From the NCBI GenBank assembly GCA_052031955.1, contig JBPEXE010000136.1, positions 1 to 37,443 of the forward strand: a DNA stretch of 37,443 nucleotides, given 5' to 3'. Both the position numbers and the translations under genes were made by a program. How positions within the stretch are numbered: the stretch's first letter is position 1; every line of letters begins with the position of its first letter. Positions 19,890 through 29,670 of this stretch are shown in pieces. The notes beneath the pieces are model-generated. The model was not told the origin of the DNA. It searched no databases and saw only the letters and a program-made list of their open reading frames with translations. This DNA comes from Candidatus Saccharimonadales bacterium (GTDB lineage: Bacteria; Patescibacteriota; Saccharimonadia; Saccharimonadales; JBPEXE01).

Positions 19890-22339
19890 AGTTAAGTATT
19901 AAGTGGATTGAGCAATATACTGATGTAAAACTCGAGCGTGACGAGTTGGTTAAGCGCGTTGGCGCGCAGCTCGGTGCCGTTGAGGGCGTGGAAGATTGGG
20001 GCTCATACTATGATGATGCAATTGTAGTTGCCGAGATTATTGAAGCCAACGATCACCCTGACGCCGACAAACTTGGCGTCTACCGATTAAAGACAGGCGA
20101 TGGGGAGGTCACGGTTTGCGCAGGCGATAAAACACTCAAAGTGGGTGATCGGGTGGGCTATATAGCACCAGGCGCACATGTACCGGAGTCGGTCCGCGCA
20201 GGTGAGCCATTCAAAATTACCGAGCGTGAGCTCCGAGGTGTTCTCAGCCAGGGAATGATGGGGTCGGCTAAGGAGTTAATAATGAGTGACAGTCACGAAG
20301 GTGTCTTAAAGCTCGATACCGACTCGCCTATTGGCACTCCCCTCTCTGAAGCCTATGAACTGGACGACTTGATTATCGACGTTGAGAATAAAATGTTCAC
20401 ACACCGACCGGATTTATTCGGCATTCTTGGACTGGCCCGTGAAATTGCCGGTATTCAAGATATTGCATTTACATCACCCGAGTGGTACGTAGAGGCAGCT
20501 AACTTGCCTGAGCCAACCGCCGAGCTACCACTTCATGTTGAGATTAAAATACCAGAGCTCTGCCCGCGATTCAGTGCGCTGACCTTCAAGGACGTATCAA
20601 TCAAACCGTCGCCGATTCAGATGCAAAGTTATCTGACGCGGGTCGGAATGCGGCCAATAAATAATGTTGTGGATATTACAAACTATGGCATGTATTTAAC
20701 AGGTCAGCCAACACACGCATTCGATTACGATAAAGTTGCGGAACGAAGCAAGGGAACACCGACAATCGTCGTGCGAAACCCGAACGAGGATGAAGAAATT
20801 ACCTTGCTCGATGGACGCACCATCAAGCCACACTCGAATGCGGCCATGGTGGCGACCAATCAAGAACTGATCTCGGTAGGCGGCAGCATGGGCGGGGCGG
20901 ACACGGAAGTAGACGAGAATACCAAGAATATTATTCTTGAAGCCGCCAGTTGGGACCTGTATTCAATTCGGCGCACATCCTTTACACACGGCATCTTTAC
21001 GGATGCAGTTACCCGCTTTAATAAAGGTCAGAGTCCGCGCCAGACGATTGCTGCGCTTGGGCTACTCAGCTCAATGCTCTGTGAACAGGCTGAGGCGTCG
21101 GTCGCATCCAGCGTCGTAGATGTCTACCCTCGACCCGCCGATACCGCGCAGATAGAAGTGACGAATGAGTTTGTGAATGAGCGTCTTGGCAGCGATTTTG
21201 AAATGCGCGACGTGGCGCACATTCTGAAAAATGTTGAAATTCAAACATCTGAAGAAGGTGGTGCGCTCAAAGCAGAAGTGCCATTCTGGCGAACAGATCT
21301 CGAGCTGGCAGAGGACTTGGTTGAAGAGGTCGGGCGCTTACATGGGTACGACAACTTGCCGATAGTTGTACCAAGCCGATTGAGCAAGCCAAACTTTAGA
21401 TCTGATGAATTTCGTCTGAAAGCGCAGATTCGTAATGTTCTGGCGGCTGCCGGTGCGCGCGACACGCTCACCTACAATTTTGTATCCAGCGGATTGTTGG
21501 GCAAGGCTGGTTTTAGCGAAGATTTAATCGACACTGCATATCGCATTCGAAACTCTCTCTCACCTGAACTTGAATGTATGCGTATCTCTCTCCTACCGTC
21601 CTTGATCGAGAAGGTGAACCCGAACCTCCGAAGTGGCTATGGCACTTTCGCGTTATTCGAAATTAACAAGGTGCACAATAAGCTTGAATTGGACAGCGAG
21701 AAACTTCCAATCGAGCATACGAATGTTGCCGGAGTCGTTGTGTCGGATGCCGAACAGAATGGCTCCGCCTACTACCAGGCCAAGGCCTACGTTGACTATC
21801 TTTGTAAAGAGCTCGGCGTAACGGTCACCTATCGACCTGCCACCGATGGCGACTCATCCTTGACGCAAGGTCGGGCCGCAAAGGCGATTATGAGCAACGC
21901 CCGCATGGCGGCTGTCTACATAAATGACCGTATGGCTGGTTTTGTGGGTGAGTTTGCTTCAGCCACCAAGCAACGCTTTAAATTGCCCGCCTATTCGGCT
22001 GGATTTGAGCTGGATGTTGCATTATTGCAGCCACAACCACACACCTATATGCCGATATCGCGTTTCCCATCAACCTCACAGGACGTTACACTCGAAACCC
22101 CTGATGAAATTGACTATGCCGACCTTGAAAAAATGGTCGAACGCGCGCTCCAGAACGAATCATTTAGCGTAGCAGTGGTACCGGCTGGAATTTATAGAGC
22201 AAATCCGGAAGCACCCCGAAGAATTACTTTCCGCATAACCTTCCAATCAGCTGAACACACTCTTAAAACCGCCGAAATAAATGAGGTAATTGCAGAATTA
22301 GTAGCCCGGGTCAAAGACATGGGTGTGACGCAAATCTAA
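19886..22339 (+). CDS. pheT: phenylalanine--tRNA ligase beta subunit
   Basis: MKLSIKWIEQY N-terminus; tRNA-binding OB domain (EANDHPDADKLGVYRLKTGDG); B3/4 and B5 regions; C-terminal FDX-ACB-like end. ATGA overlap with the pheS stop. Confidence 0.9.
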   Translation: MKLSIKWIEQYTDVKLERDELVKRVGAQLGAVEGVEDWGSYYDDAIVVAEIIEANDHPDADKLGVYRLKTGDGEVTVCAGDKTLKVGDRVGYIAPGAHVPESVRAGEPFKITERELRGVLSQGMMGSAKELIMSDSHEGVLKLDTDSPIGTPLSEAYELDDLIIDVENKMFTHRPDLFGILGLAREIAGIQDIAFTSPEWYVEAANLPEPTAELPLHVEIKIPELCPRFSALTFKDVSIKPSPIQMQSYLTRVGMRPINNVVDITNYGMYLTGQPTHAFDYDKVAERSKGTPTIVVRNPNEDEEITLLDGRTIKPHSNAAMVATNQELISVGGSMGGADTEVDENTKNIILEAASWDLYSIRRTSFTHGIFTDAVTRFNKGQSPRQTIAALGLLSSMLCEQAEASVASSVVDVYPRPADTAQIEVTNEFVNERLGSDFEMRDVAHILKNVEIQTSEEGGALKAEVPFWRTDLELAEDLVEEVGRLHGYDNLPIVVPSRLSKPNFRSDEFRLKAQIRNVLAAAGARDTLTYNFVSSGLLGKAGFSEDLIDTAYRIRNSLSPELECMRISLLPSLIEKVNPNLRSGYGTFALFEINKVHNKLELDSEKLPIEHTNVAGVVVSDAEQNGSAYYQAKAYVDYLCKELGVTVTYRPATDGDSSLTQGRAAKAIMSNARMAAVYINDRMAGFVGEFASATKQRFKLPAYSAGFELDVALLQPQPHTYMPISRFPSTSQDVTLETPDEIDYADLEKMVERALQNESFSVAVVPAGIYRANPEAPRRITFRITFQSAEHTLKTAEINEVIAELVARVKDMGVTQI

Positions 22340-22377
22340 AAAAGTCTTCAAATTCCTTCAGTTATCAGATGATTTTA

Positions 22378-22386
22378 TGGTATAAT
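22378..22386 (+). promoter_or_regulatory. extended -10 promoter element for L25
   Basis: TGgTATAAT (TG 22378-22379, TATAAT 22381-22386), 34 nt upstream of the ATG at 22420. The -35 is weak. Confidence 0.45.
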
Positions 22387-22419
22387 CCGACTCGAAGAAT
22401 AATGGAGTAATACTGTTAC

Positions 22420-23076
22420 ATGGACGCAAAGTTAACTTTGAGTCGAAGAGAGGTATTTGGCAAAAAAGCTAAATCCCTGACATCTGAAGGCAAAACATTA
22501 GCAAATATTTTTGGTAAGGGTCGCAATTCAATTGCAGCCTTTGGCGAAGCGACAACTGTTGAGAGGGTTGTGGGTGAAGCCGGTAAAAACCACCCAATTA
22601 CAATCACTCTTGATGACGGCAAGGAATTGCTGGCATTGGTGCATGAAGTCGAACGTGACTACAAGACAAATCATATTCACCACGTATCATTCCAGGTTGT
22701 AATTAAGGGCCAAAAAGTAACAACCGAAGTACCGATTCGCTTAACCGGTGAAGCGCCCGCACAACGGGTTGGTCTTATCGTGGTGACATATCTTGATAGC
22801 ATCGAAATCGAAGCTATCCCTTCAAAGATCCCAGATGCTCTCGAAGTGTCAGTGGATAGTCTTGTTGAAGATGGCGACGCAGTACACCTCAGTGACTTAA
22901 AAGTCCCTGAAGATGTACAGGTTAAGGTTGAAGACGACCGCTTAATTGCCAAGGTTGAAACACCTCGATCACAAATTGAAGAAGAAGATGAAGACGACAC
23001 GGCTGAAGATGCAGCAGATGTTCCGAGCGAACACGGTGGCGATGACGAGTCATCAGAAGACGAAGAAAAAGAATAA
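22420..23076 (+). CDS. rplY: 50S ribosomal protein L25 / general stress protein Ctc
   Basis: KLTLSRREVFGKKAKSLTSEGKTLANIFGKG... two-domain Ctc-length protein with an acidic C-terminal tail. Confidence 0.85.
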   Translation: MDAKLTLSRREVFGKKAKSLTSEGKTLANIFGKGRNSIAAFGEATTVERVVGEAGKNHPITITLDDGKELLALVHEVERDYKTNHIHHVSFQVVIKGQKVTTEVPIRLTGEAPAQRVGLIVVTYLDSIEIEAIPSKIPDALEVSVDSLVEDGDAVHLSDLKVPEDVQVKVEDDRLIAKVETPRSQIEEEDEDDTAEDAADVPSEHGGDDESSEDEEKE

Positions 23077-23100
23077 CGATACGACAACTAGGAGGGTTTG

Positions 23101-25836
23101 GTGGCTAAGTCTAAGAAAAAATCGAGCAATCAGCGCGATGGGTGGCTTGAGACGATTGCAAAGTTCGTTGTAACGCGATGGAAGGCGGCGCTTGCTGTCT
23201 GGATTGCCATCATACTGGCCGGGGCGTACGTATATACAACGGCCATTCCACGGGAAGGCTTTCCGCCAATCTCATTCCCAGTCAGCTTTGTAAGTGGTCA
23301 ATATGTTGGCCACGATGCCGAAGCTGTTGATCGCGATATCCTCATACCAATAAGCAATGCGCTTGGCGATGAGGACGGTGTAACAGGCGTGATGACCTTT
23401 GCGAACGATAACTTCTTCCAAATCCAGGTTGAGTTTACTCAGGATTATGACTCCATTTCAGGTACTGAGCTGGTACGCGACACAATTGCCGAGGAAGTAT
23501 CAATTCCGACCAGTGCGCAACTCAACTACATTCCAATCGATCCAGCCAGCTTCCTCTATGAATACGACATGCTCTTGCAGGTATATACAACCGGTGACGA
23601 AACGGCGACGGAAGTTGATGAGGCAGCCACTGCAGTTGCGGAGGGTGTCCTGGAGCTTGATGTCGTTGGGCGTGCCGATGTTAAGAGTAATGTGACGCTG
23701 GCGGCAGATGGCCCAGCCGGCCCTCAAGATATACAGTCGAACTTCTCACGTATTGGCATACCAAATGACGACGGCAGCATCACCTTCTACTCATCAACAA
23801 CTATTGGGGTTGATAGCACTGGTGACATAGACATCATTGAGCTGTCGGAGACCGTTAACGAGTATCTTGAAACAGTCGATTTGCAGACACTTGGCGTCCC
23901 GTCAACCGTTTATGTTGCCGTTGGCGCCGACTTTGCACCTACTATTGAGTCACAGATTAGCTTCCTGCAAGACAACATGGTCACCGGCTTGATTGCCGTA
24001 TCGATCATAAGTTTACTGCTGATTACGTGGCGAGCATCAATCATTACGGCACTTTTCATGCTCACGGTCATGGTTGCGACAATCATTACTCTGTACGTGA
24101 TTGGCTACACACTGAATACCATCACACTGTTTGCGCTCATCTTGAGCCTCGGCTTGTTTGTCGATGATGCCACGATAGTGGTCGAAGCGATAGATGTTGG
24201 CAAGAGAAATCGAAAACTCAAGAAACTTCAGGTAGTTGGCGATGCGGTTCGTCGAGTTGGCCGGGCCAGTCTATCGGGTACATTAACGACAATTTTGGTC
24301 TTTGCTATTTTGGCAACACCAACCGGCATCTTGGGCGAATTCATTCGTCTGATTCCAATTACGGTAATTGTTGCTTTGATATTGAGCTTCATTCTGTCGA
24401 TTACATTAATTCCACTGCTCTCGCGGTTCATAATTTTGCGTCATCGCGATCCAAGCTGGCTGACAAGAAACAACCCGGTGCTAAAAATTGAGGATTGGCT
24501 ATCGAACTTCATCGAAAGTCGCATTCTCGAGGTTCGTACAGCCAAAGGAAAGGTGCTTGGTGCACTTGCACTGCTTCTCAGTATCGGTTTGATTATGGCG
24601 GGTGGTTACATCTTTGGTTTCAAAGTGGACAGCAACACCTTCCCACCATCGAAGGATACTGATCAAATTGGTGTTGAGATTCGATACACACCCGGCACTG
24701 ACATGGAAACAGCCCAAGCGGTAGCTGATGAAGTTGATGCCATTATGAGCGATGCAATAGGCGACCAAATCGTGTTGGCAAACTATGGTACACAGCAACA
24801 AGCTGATAACCGGTCGGCTGTAATCTATATCGACCTTGTGCCCTTTACCGAACGAGACGAAACTGCACCACAGATTGTCGAAGAGCTGCAGGCGGCTTTT
24901 GACGCTGAATTGCCAAAGGATATCCCTGCCACAGTGCTGGCTGCACAACTGGACTTAGGTCCGCCGGCGGCACAGTATCCATTTGGTTTGCGGGTAGTGA
25001 GTGAGGATACGGAAGTCCTGCGAACGGCAACCAACGATATCTCTACAACCTTCATGGGCCAACAGTTTGAGGCAATGAATGGAACTGAAGTTAACGTCAT
25101 CGACTATCGTATCGAAGCGGTTGACGGTCAGATTTGGCGAACCGATGGCGAACGCTATGCTGTCGTGCGGTTTGCCTATGACAACAGTAACCCAACTCTC
25201 GTAACCCTGCTCAGTGAGGAGTACTACGAGGAAGTGTACACTGATGAAAAGCTTGCCGAACTCGGCCTCACGTCTGAGCAGGTGACATTTGACGCCGGCG
25301 AGGAAGGTGAGTTCCAGGATTCATTCAATACCTTGCTACTCGCAATTCCGATTTCTCTCTTCCTCATGTACGTTTTGCTAGTCATCCAGTTCCGCTCAAT
25401 CATGCAACCGTTCCTGATTCTTCTGGCTATTCCATTTACCCTGTTTGGTGTTGCCGGTGGCCTTTACATAACCGACAACGCAGCCAGCTTCTTTGCGCTG
25501 ACGGGCTTCATTGGATTGATTGGTATTGCAGTAAACAACACAATCATGCTGACCGATTACGCAAATCAAGAACGCCGCGATGGCAAGGGGGCAGTCGATG
25601 CAATTGCGGCCGCTTCGCGCAAACGTTTGCGCCCACTGATTGCAACCTCGCTGACAACAGTCATGGCGCTCTTGCCGCTGGCGTTGTCAGATCCATTCTG
25701 GGAAGGCTTGGCATTCACCATCATCTTCGGATTGCTGTCATCAACCTTCCTAGTCATCATTTCGTTCCCATACTACTACCTGCTACTTGAAGTAATCCGA
25801 CGTGGTTTCATGAAGCTATTCAGAAGGGCAGGCTAA
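23101..25836 (+). CDS. RND-superfamily (AcrB-like) transporter permease
   Basis: ~911 aa with two bundles of TM helices separated by large loops. GLFVDDATIVVEAI resembles AcrB GLLVDDAIVVVEN. GTG 23101 is preferred (5 nt after AGGAGG); the track start TTG 23098 is the alternative. Confidence 0.8.
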   Translation: MAKSKKKSSNQRDGWLETIAKFVVTRWKAALAVWIAIILAGAYVYTTAIPREGFPPISFPVSFVSGQYVGHDAEAVDRDILIPISNALGDEDGVTGVMTFANDNFFQIQVEFTQDYDSISGTELVRDTIAEEVSIPTSAQLNYIPIDPASFLYEYDMLLQVYTTGDETATEVDEAATAVAEGVLELDVVGRADVKSNVTLAADGPAGPQDIQSNFSRIGIPNDDGSITFYSSTTIGVDSTGDIDIIELSETVNEYLETVDLQTLGVPSTVYVAVGADFAPTIESQISFLQDNMVTGLIAVSIISLLLITWRASIITALFMLTVMVATIITLYVIGYTLNTITLFALILSLGLFVDDATIVVEAIDVGKRNRKLKKLQVVGDAVRRVGRASLSGTLTTILVFAILATPTGILGEFIRLIPITVIVALILSFILSITLIPLLSRFIILRHRDPSWLTRNNPVLKIEDWLSNFIESRILEVRTAKGKVLGALALLLSIGLIMAGGYIFGFKVDSNTFPPSKDTDQIGVEIRYTPGTDMETAQAVADEVDAIMSDAIGDQIVLANYGTQQQADNRSAVIYIDLVPFTERDETAPQIVEELQAAFDAELPKDIPATVLAAQLDLGPPAAQYPFGLRVVSEDTEVLRTATNDISTTFMGQQFEAMNGTEVNVIDYRIEAVDGQIWRTDGERYAVVRFAYDNSNPTLVTLLSEEYYEEVYTDEKLAELGLTSEQVTFDAGEEGEFQDSFNTLLLAIPISLFLMYVLLVIQFRSIMQPFLILLAIPFTLFGVAGGLYITDNAASFFALTGFIGLIGIAVNNTIMLTDYANQERRDGKGAVDAIAAASRKRLRPLIATSLTTVMALLPLALSDPFWEGLAFTIIFGLLSSTFLVIISFPYYYLLLEVIRRGFMKLFRRAG

Positions 25837-26180
25837 TGCGAGAACGTTTGACACTATTCGCTCAAATGGCTTTTGTTGCAGCCTTCTCGGTTGTGCTCGT
25901 GAACCAAATACCGTTCATGACCGAGACTGATGTTGAATCCGGCTCACGCACAGAAGATTTGATTGATTCGCAACTGAATGGGCAAACGCTTGAAGTTCGC
26001 CCGGCTGAGGGACGACCGGTGCCCTTGGATCAGTCCCTGCAGGCACCCCGCGACAATAGCAACCAAGAGGCTGTGGGTGATTTACAGCGCCAACAAGATG
26101 ACAATTTGCAACCACAAGGACAGGACAGCTTGCAGCAAAGCGCGGGTGTTGATGACCTGCCCGAAGACTACCAACTATAG
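25836..26180 (+). CDS. small membrane-anchored Gln/acid-rich protein, coupled to the RND gene
   Basis: TAATG stop/start overlap with the RND gene. N-terminal TM (LFAQMAFVAAFSVVLV), then a disordered Q/D/E-rich region. No family recognised. Confidence 0.5.
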   Translation: MRERLTLFAQMAFVAAFSVVLVNQIPFMTETDVESGSRTEDLIDSQLNGQTLEVRPAEGRPVPLDQSLQAPRDNSNQEAVGDLQRQQDDNLQPQGQDSLQQSAGVDDLPEDYQL

Positions 26181-26287
26181 TAGAGTCTGCACTCCACTGG
26201 GGTGAAAAAAATACATCATTTTTTGGCTGAAAGCTGCCAATAAGTACGCTATAATACCGCTAAAGCATAACGGAGGGCTACATTCCA

Positions 26288-26878
26288 ATGGGCAAAAGCC
26301 AAAGGGTCATGATATTTGTTGTCATCGGTGTATTTGCCATGAGTGTATTTGGTGGAGCAATTGCGCTGCTGGCAGGCAGTGAAAACAACGATGCAGCCGA
26401 TGCAAATGCCGAACTTGCAGAACAGATTGCCGATGCGCAGCAGCAACAGCAGGAAATAGATCAACAGATTCAGGCATGTCGTCTTTTGCCAACGCCTGAG
26501 GCGCCTGCAAACCCGCCCGAGGTTCCAGAGTATGAGCTGCCAACCGGTGCCGTATCCGAACTTGAAGTCATCGACCTTGAAGAAGGTACGGGTGCTGAAG
26601 CGACCGAAGGGTCTTGTGTTGTAGCTTACTATCACGGTACGTTGACTGACGGCACCGTATTTGACAGCGCCTTTGAGCGTGGCGCACCATCTCGATTTTC
26701 ACTTCTCGGCGTAATTCAAGGGTGGCAACTTGGCGTGCCAGGCATGAAGGAAGGTGGGGTTCGCGTCCTTTACATTCCTTCAGAACTCGCCTATGGCGAA
26801 GCCGGTAGCTCACCTGTAATTGGCCCGAACGAGGATCTTGTCTTCGTTATCGAGCTTGTCGAAGTTGTGGAAATATAA
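26288..26878 (+). CDS. membrane-anchored FKBP-type peptidyl-prolyl cis-trans isomerase
   Basis: N-terminal TM, Gln-rich linker, then YHGTLTDGTVFDSAFERG...GVIQGWQLGVPGMKEGGVRVLYIPSELAYGE. Confidence 0.85.
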   Translation: MGKSQRVMIFVVIGVFAMSVFGGAIALLAGSENNDAADANAELAEQIADAQQQQQEIDQQIQACRLLPTPEAPANPPEVPEYELPTGAVSELEVIDLEEGTGAEATEGSCVVAYYHGTLTDGTVFDSAFERGAPSRFSLLGVIQGWQLGVPGMKEGGVRVLYIPSELAYGEAGSSPVIGPNEDLVFVIELVEVVEI

Positions 26879-26908
26879 AAAACAACAACACATTATGTGG
26901 TGTAGTTC

Positions 26909-26937
26909 TTGAAAACGCTGCGCTACATATGTAGAAT
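26909..26937 (+). promoter_or_regulatory. promoter for the glutaredoxin-like gene
   Basis: TTGAAA (26909-26914), 17 nt, then TAGAAT (26932-26937). Confidence 0.55.
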
Positions 26938-26996
26938 AAAACTATTCGCACCACACAACAAAAATAACAATTCAAACAAAGTAATAGAGGTATAAA

Positions 26997-27245
26997 GTGG
27001 CTAAAACAATAACAGTCTATACATCAAATAACTGCGGTTACTGCGTCATGGTGAAGAAGTATCTTCAGATGAAGGGTGCTTCATACAATGAAGTAAACAT
27101 CGAGACGGAGCCAGCGCGGCAAAAAGAAATGATGGAGCTTAGCGGACAGCAACGCGTGCCAGTTACGGTTATCGAATCAGACAACGGCGCACGAGACATC
27201 TCGGTTGGCTACAACCTAGCATCACTGTCAGCGGCATTGAACTAA
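26997..27245 (+). CDS. glutaredoxin-family protein (NrdH/YruB-like)
   Basis: 82 aa, GTG start. ITVYTSNNCGYCVMVKKYL has a CxxC motif in a thioredoxin-fold context. Confidence 0.75.
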   Translation: MAKTITVYTSNNCGYCVMVKKYLQMKGASYNEVNIETEPARQKEMMELSGQQRVPVTVIESDNGARDISVGYNLASLSAALN

Positions 27246-27262
27246 AGAACGCGATTAAGAAA

Positions 27263-27290
27263 AGTTTAAGCATGTACTTAAACTTTTTTT
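27263..27290 (+). terminator. rho-independent terminator
   Basis: AGTTTAAG (27263-27270), loop CATGTA, CTTAAACT (27277-27284), then TTTTTT (27285-27290). Confidence 0.7.
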
Positions 27291-27355
27291 AATGGTAAAC
27301 TACATTACGAATCAACCAACAACATACATATTCACTTTGGAATAGGGGAGTACTC

Positions 27356-28315
27356 ATGGCCGAGGATGTCAAACAAATCGAAGTAGCAATGATAGGTGCA
27401 GGCCCAAGCGCATTGGCGGCAGCCGTATATACATCGCGCGAAAACATCCAGACTGTGTTATTCGAGAAGGGTGTCATAGGTGGCTTGGCAGCGATTACTG
27501 ACCAAGTTGATAATTACCCAGGATTTGATCAAGGCATCGAGGGCATGGAGCTGGCTATGAAACTGCAAAACCAAGCGGAGCGGTTTGGAGCCACAATCGA
27601 GCTCGCAGAAGTATCGAACATTGAATCCATGCCGAATGGTGATGTGAAGCTTGAAACCAGCTCTGGTACGTATGAGGCGAAAGCGGTTCTTATTGCTACT
27701 GGAAGCGACTATCGTAAAATTGGTGTTCCGGGCGAAGAACAGATGTATGGTCGAGGAGTCCATTACTGCGCTACGTGCGATGGTGCATTTTATAAAGATC
27801 GCAAGCTTGTGGTTGTGGGCGGTGGCAACTCGGCAGCTCAAGAATCATTGTTCCTGACGCGTTTCGCCAGCGAGATCACCGTGCTCGTCCGCTCTGACTG
27901 GCGGGCATCCGAAGTGCTTGTAGAAGAGGTTGAAGCCAACGACAAAATAAAGGTTATCAAGGGAGTCACAACCGACGAGATTGTTGGTGATGCTGATGGC
28001 AAGGTTGTTGGTGTAAGGGCCACCTACACTGAGAGCGGCGAGAAACTTGAACTTGATACCGATGGGGTATTTATCTTTGTTGGTCTCGATCCGAACACGG
28101 GCTTTCTGAAGCACACCGCTGTTGAGCTCGATGAGCATGAGTTTATCAAGACGAGCGCATCCCTTGAAACCAGTATGAAAGGTGTTTTTGCCAGTGGTGA
28201 CGTGCGAAGCGGTGCAACGATGCAGATTGCTTCAGCAGTCGGCGAAGGTGCGACAGCCGCACTCAAGATTCGTGAGTATCTTGAAGACCGCGAACGAGCC
28301 GAGCGATCTTCTTAA
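27356..28315 (+). CDS. trxB: thioredoxin-disulfide reductase
   Basis: GAGPSALAAAVY FAD motif, CATCDG redox centre, GGGNSAAQE NADPH motif. Confidence 0.9.
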   Translation: MAEDVKQIEVAMIGAGPSALAAAVYTSRENIQTVLFEKGVIGGLAAITDQVDNYPGFDQGIEGMELAMKLQNQAERFGATIELAEVSNIESMPNGDVKLETSSGTYEAKAVLIATGSDYRKIGVPGEEQMYGRGVHYCATCDGAFYKDRKLVVVGGGNSAAQESLFLTRFASEITVLVRSDWRASEVLVEEVEANDKIKVIKGVTTDEIVGDADGKVVGVRATYTESGEKLELDTDGVFIFVGLDPNTGFLKHTAVELDEHEFIKTSASLETSMKGVFASGDVRSGATMQIASAVGEGATAALKIREYLEDRERAERSS

Positions 28316-29070
28316 TTTTGTTCAGTTGGAAACTGGTCGGGGAGCGTGACGCTATCCGTCCAGAATGATTCAACGCCAAACAGTTGGAGAAATTTAACCG
28401 TCATTATGTTGTTGACGGTGTAGACACCACGGTGCTGAACGCCAAACAAGACCGCAATTGGCGAGAGAACAGGTGCAAGCCATTTATTGAACGTAATCCA
28501 GCGCGCGCCGAGGTTGTGATACGGTCGACCGAAACTTCGAGGCAGATTGCGCCAACTGTATAACATCGCAACACCCGCTTCGGGTACGCGTTGCTTAATT
28601 TCCATCAGTGCATCCCAGTCAAAACATGAGAATACGATTTTCTCCCACGACCATTCATCGTACTTGTCAATCATGTCACTTAAGACCTCAAGCACCGGCT
28701 CAACGGCTTCCTTTGTCTTTAACTCGAGGTTTAATGGGTGTCCTTCGGCGGCTCTCAGGCCTTCGGCCAACGTCGAGAGTTCAATTTCCTCCGAGCGAAT
28801 GATATCGATAGTAAGACCAAGCACAGGCTGTCCGAGGCGGTGTCGCTTTGATTTAGGAATGCTGTACAGCTCATACAGTCGATCAAGTGTTGGATCATGA
28901 ATGAGTATTGGTGTTTGCGTTGCACTGTCATCGCTACGTGACCGGCGAACGTCGACCTCGATGTACGCGAAGCGGCCGGACTTAGCGGCACGTTCAATCG
29001 CGCCAGCAGTGTTTTCGCGACGCCCAGTACTCCACGCACCTCGATGCGCTACAAAGATTGGCTTCTTCAT
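28312..29070 (-). CDS. glycerophosphodiester phosphodiesterase (GDPD) family protein
   Basis: IFVAHRGAWS..RENTAGAIERAAKSG..YIEVDVR is the GDPD N-terminal catalytic pattern (HRG / EN / E.D). Confidence 0.75.
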   Translation of the reverse strand: MKKPIFVAHRGAWSTGRRENTAGAIERAAKSGRFAYIEVDVRRSRSDDSATQTPILIHDPTLDRLYELYSIPKSKRHRLGQPVLGLTIDIIRSEEIELSTLAEGLRAAEGHPLNLELKTKEAVEPVLEVLSDMIDKYDEWSWEKIVFSCFDWDALMEIKQRVPEAGVAMLYSWRNLPRSFGRPYHNLGARWITFNKWLAPVLSPIAVLFGVQHRGVYTVNNIMTVKFLQLFGVESFWTDSVTLPDQFPTEQN

Positions 29071-29110
29071 ACCGGTAATTATAGCAAATCGCGTACTTCG
29101 GCCACCTGTA

Positions 29111-29119
29111 TGCTACAAT
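29111..29119 (+). promoter_or_regulatory. extended -10 promoter element for ppa
   Basis: TGcTACAAT, 26 nt upstream of the ATG at 29146, with a GAGGAG SD in between. Confidence 0.45.
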
Positions 29120-29145
29120 TTGTCTGAAAACGAAGAGGAGAAATC

Positions 29146-29670
29146 ATGACATTTGACTTTAATAACATTCCGTTTGGTGAAGATAAAAAATTTGTAAACA
29201 CAGTTATCGAGATTTCTAAAGGTAGCATGCTGAAGGTTGAGTGGGACCGCGAAAAGAATTACTTTGCACTTGATAGAGTAGAACCGGGTATTTTTGCGAA
29301 GCCATGTAACTACGGATTTATTCCTGGCACGCTTGATGAGGATGGTGATGAGCTTGATACGCTGGTTATCACTGCCGAAGCGCTACCAATGGGCTTGGTT
29401 CTTGAAGAGGCGCGGGTGATTGGTGTGTTGAACTTTGAAGACGATGGTGAGATGGACCATAAAGTCATTGTGGTGCCTGGCGATGACCGACATTACGGCG
29501 AAATTTCACATTACTCGGAGCTTGGGGAGCGGTGGGCGCAGCAAATCGAGCACCACTTTAACCACTATAAGGACCTGAAGAAACCAGGCACAACAAAAGT
29601 GCTGGGCTTTGGTGATGCAGATGAGGCGTGGACAGTCATCAATGACTGTATTGCGCGAGCCAAGAACTAG
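29146..29670 (+). CDS. ppa: inorganic pyrophosphatase (family I)
   Basis: VIEISKGS..K.E.D, NYGFIPGTLDEDGDELDTLVI and HYKDLKK are typical family I PPase blocks. Confidence 0.9.
   Translation: MTFDFNNIPFGEDKKFVNTVIEISKGSMLKVEWDREKNYFALDRVEPGIFAKPCNYGFIPGTLDEDGDELDTLVITAEALPMGLVLEEARVIGVLNFEDDGEMDHKVIVVPGDDRHYGEISHYSELGERWAQQIEHHFNHYKDLKKPGTTKVLGFGDADEAWTVINDCIARAKN

Noticed and set aside
22677-23087. 136-aa Ser-rich minus-strand ORF
   Set aside because: It is the mirror image of the acidic (GAA/GAT-rich) C-terminal tail of L25/Ctc, a compositional artefact.
24499-24948. 149-aa minus-strand ORF inside the RND gene
   Set aside because: It is antisense to a continuous 2.7-kb transporter ORF and has no independent signals.
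26249-26635. 128-aa minus-strand ORF opposite the FKBP gene
   Set aside because: The FKBP frame has unmistakable family motifs. The antisense ORF is Arg/Cys/Leu-rich.
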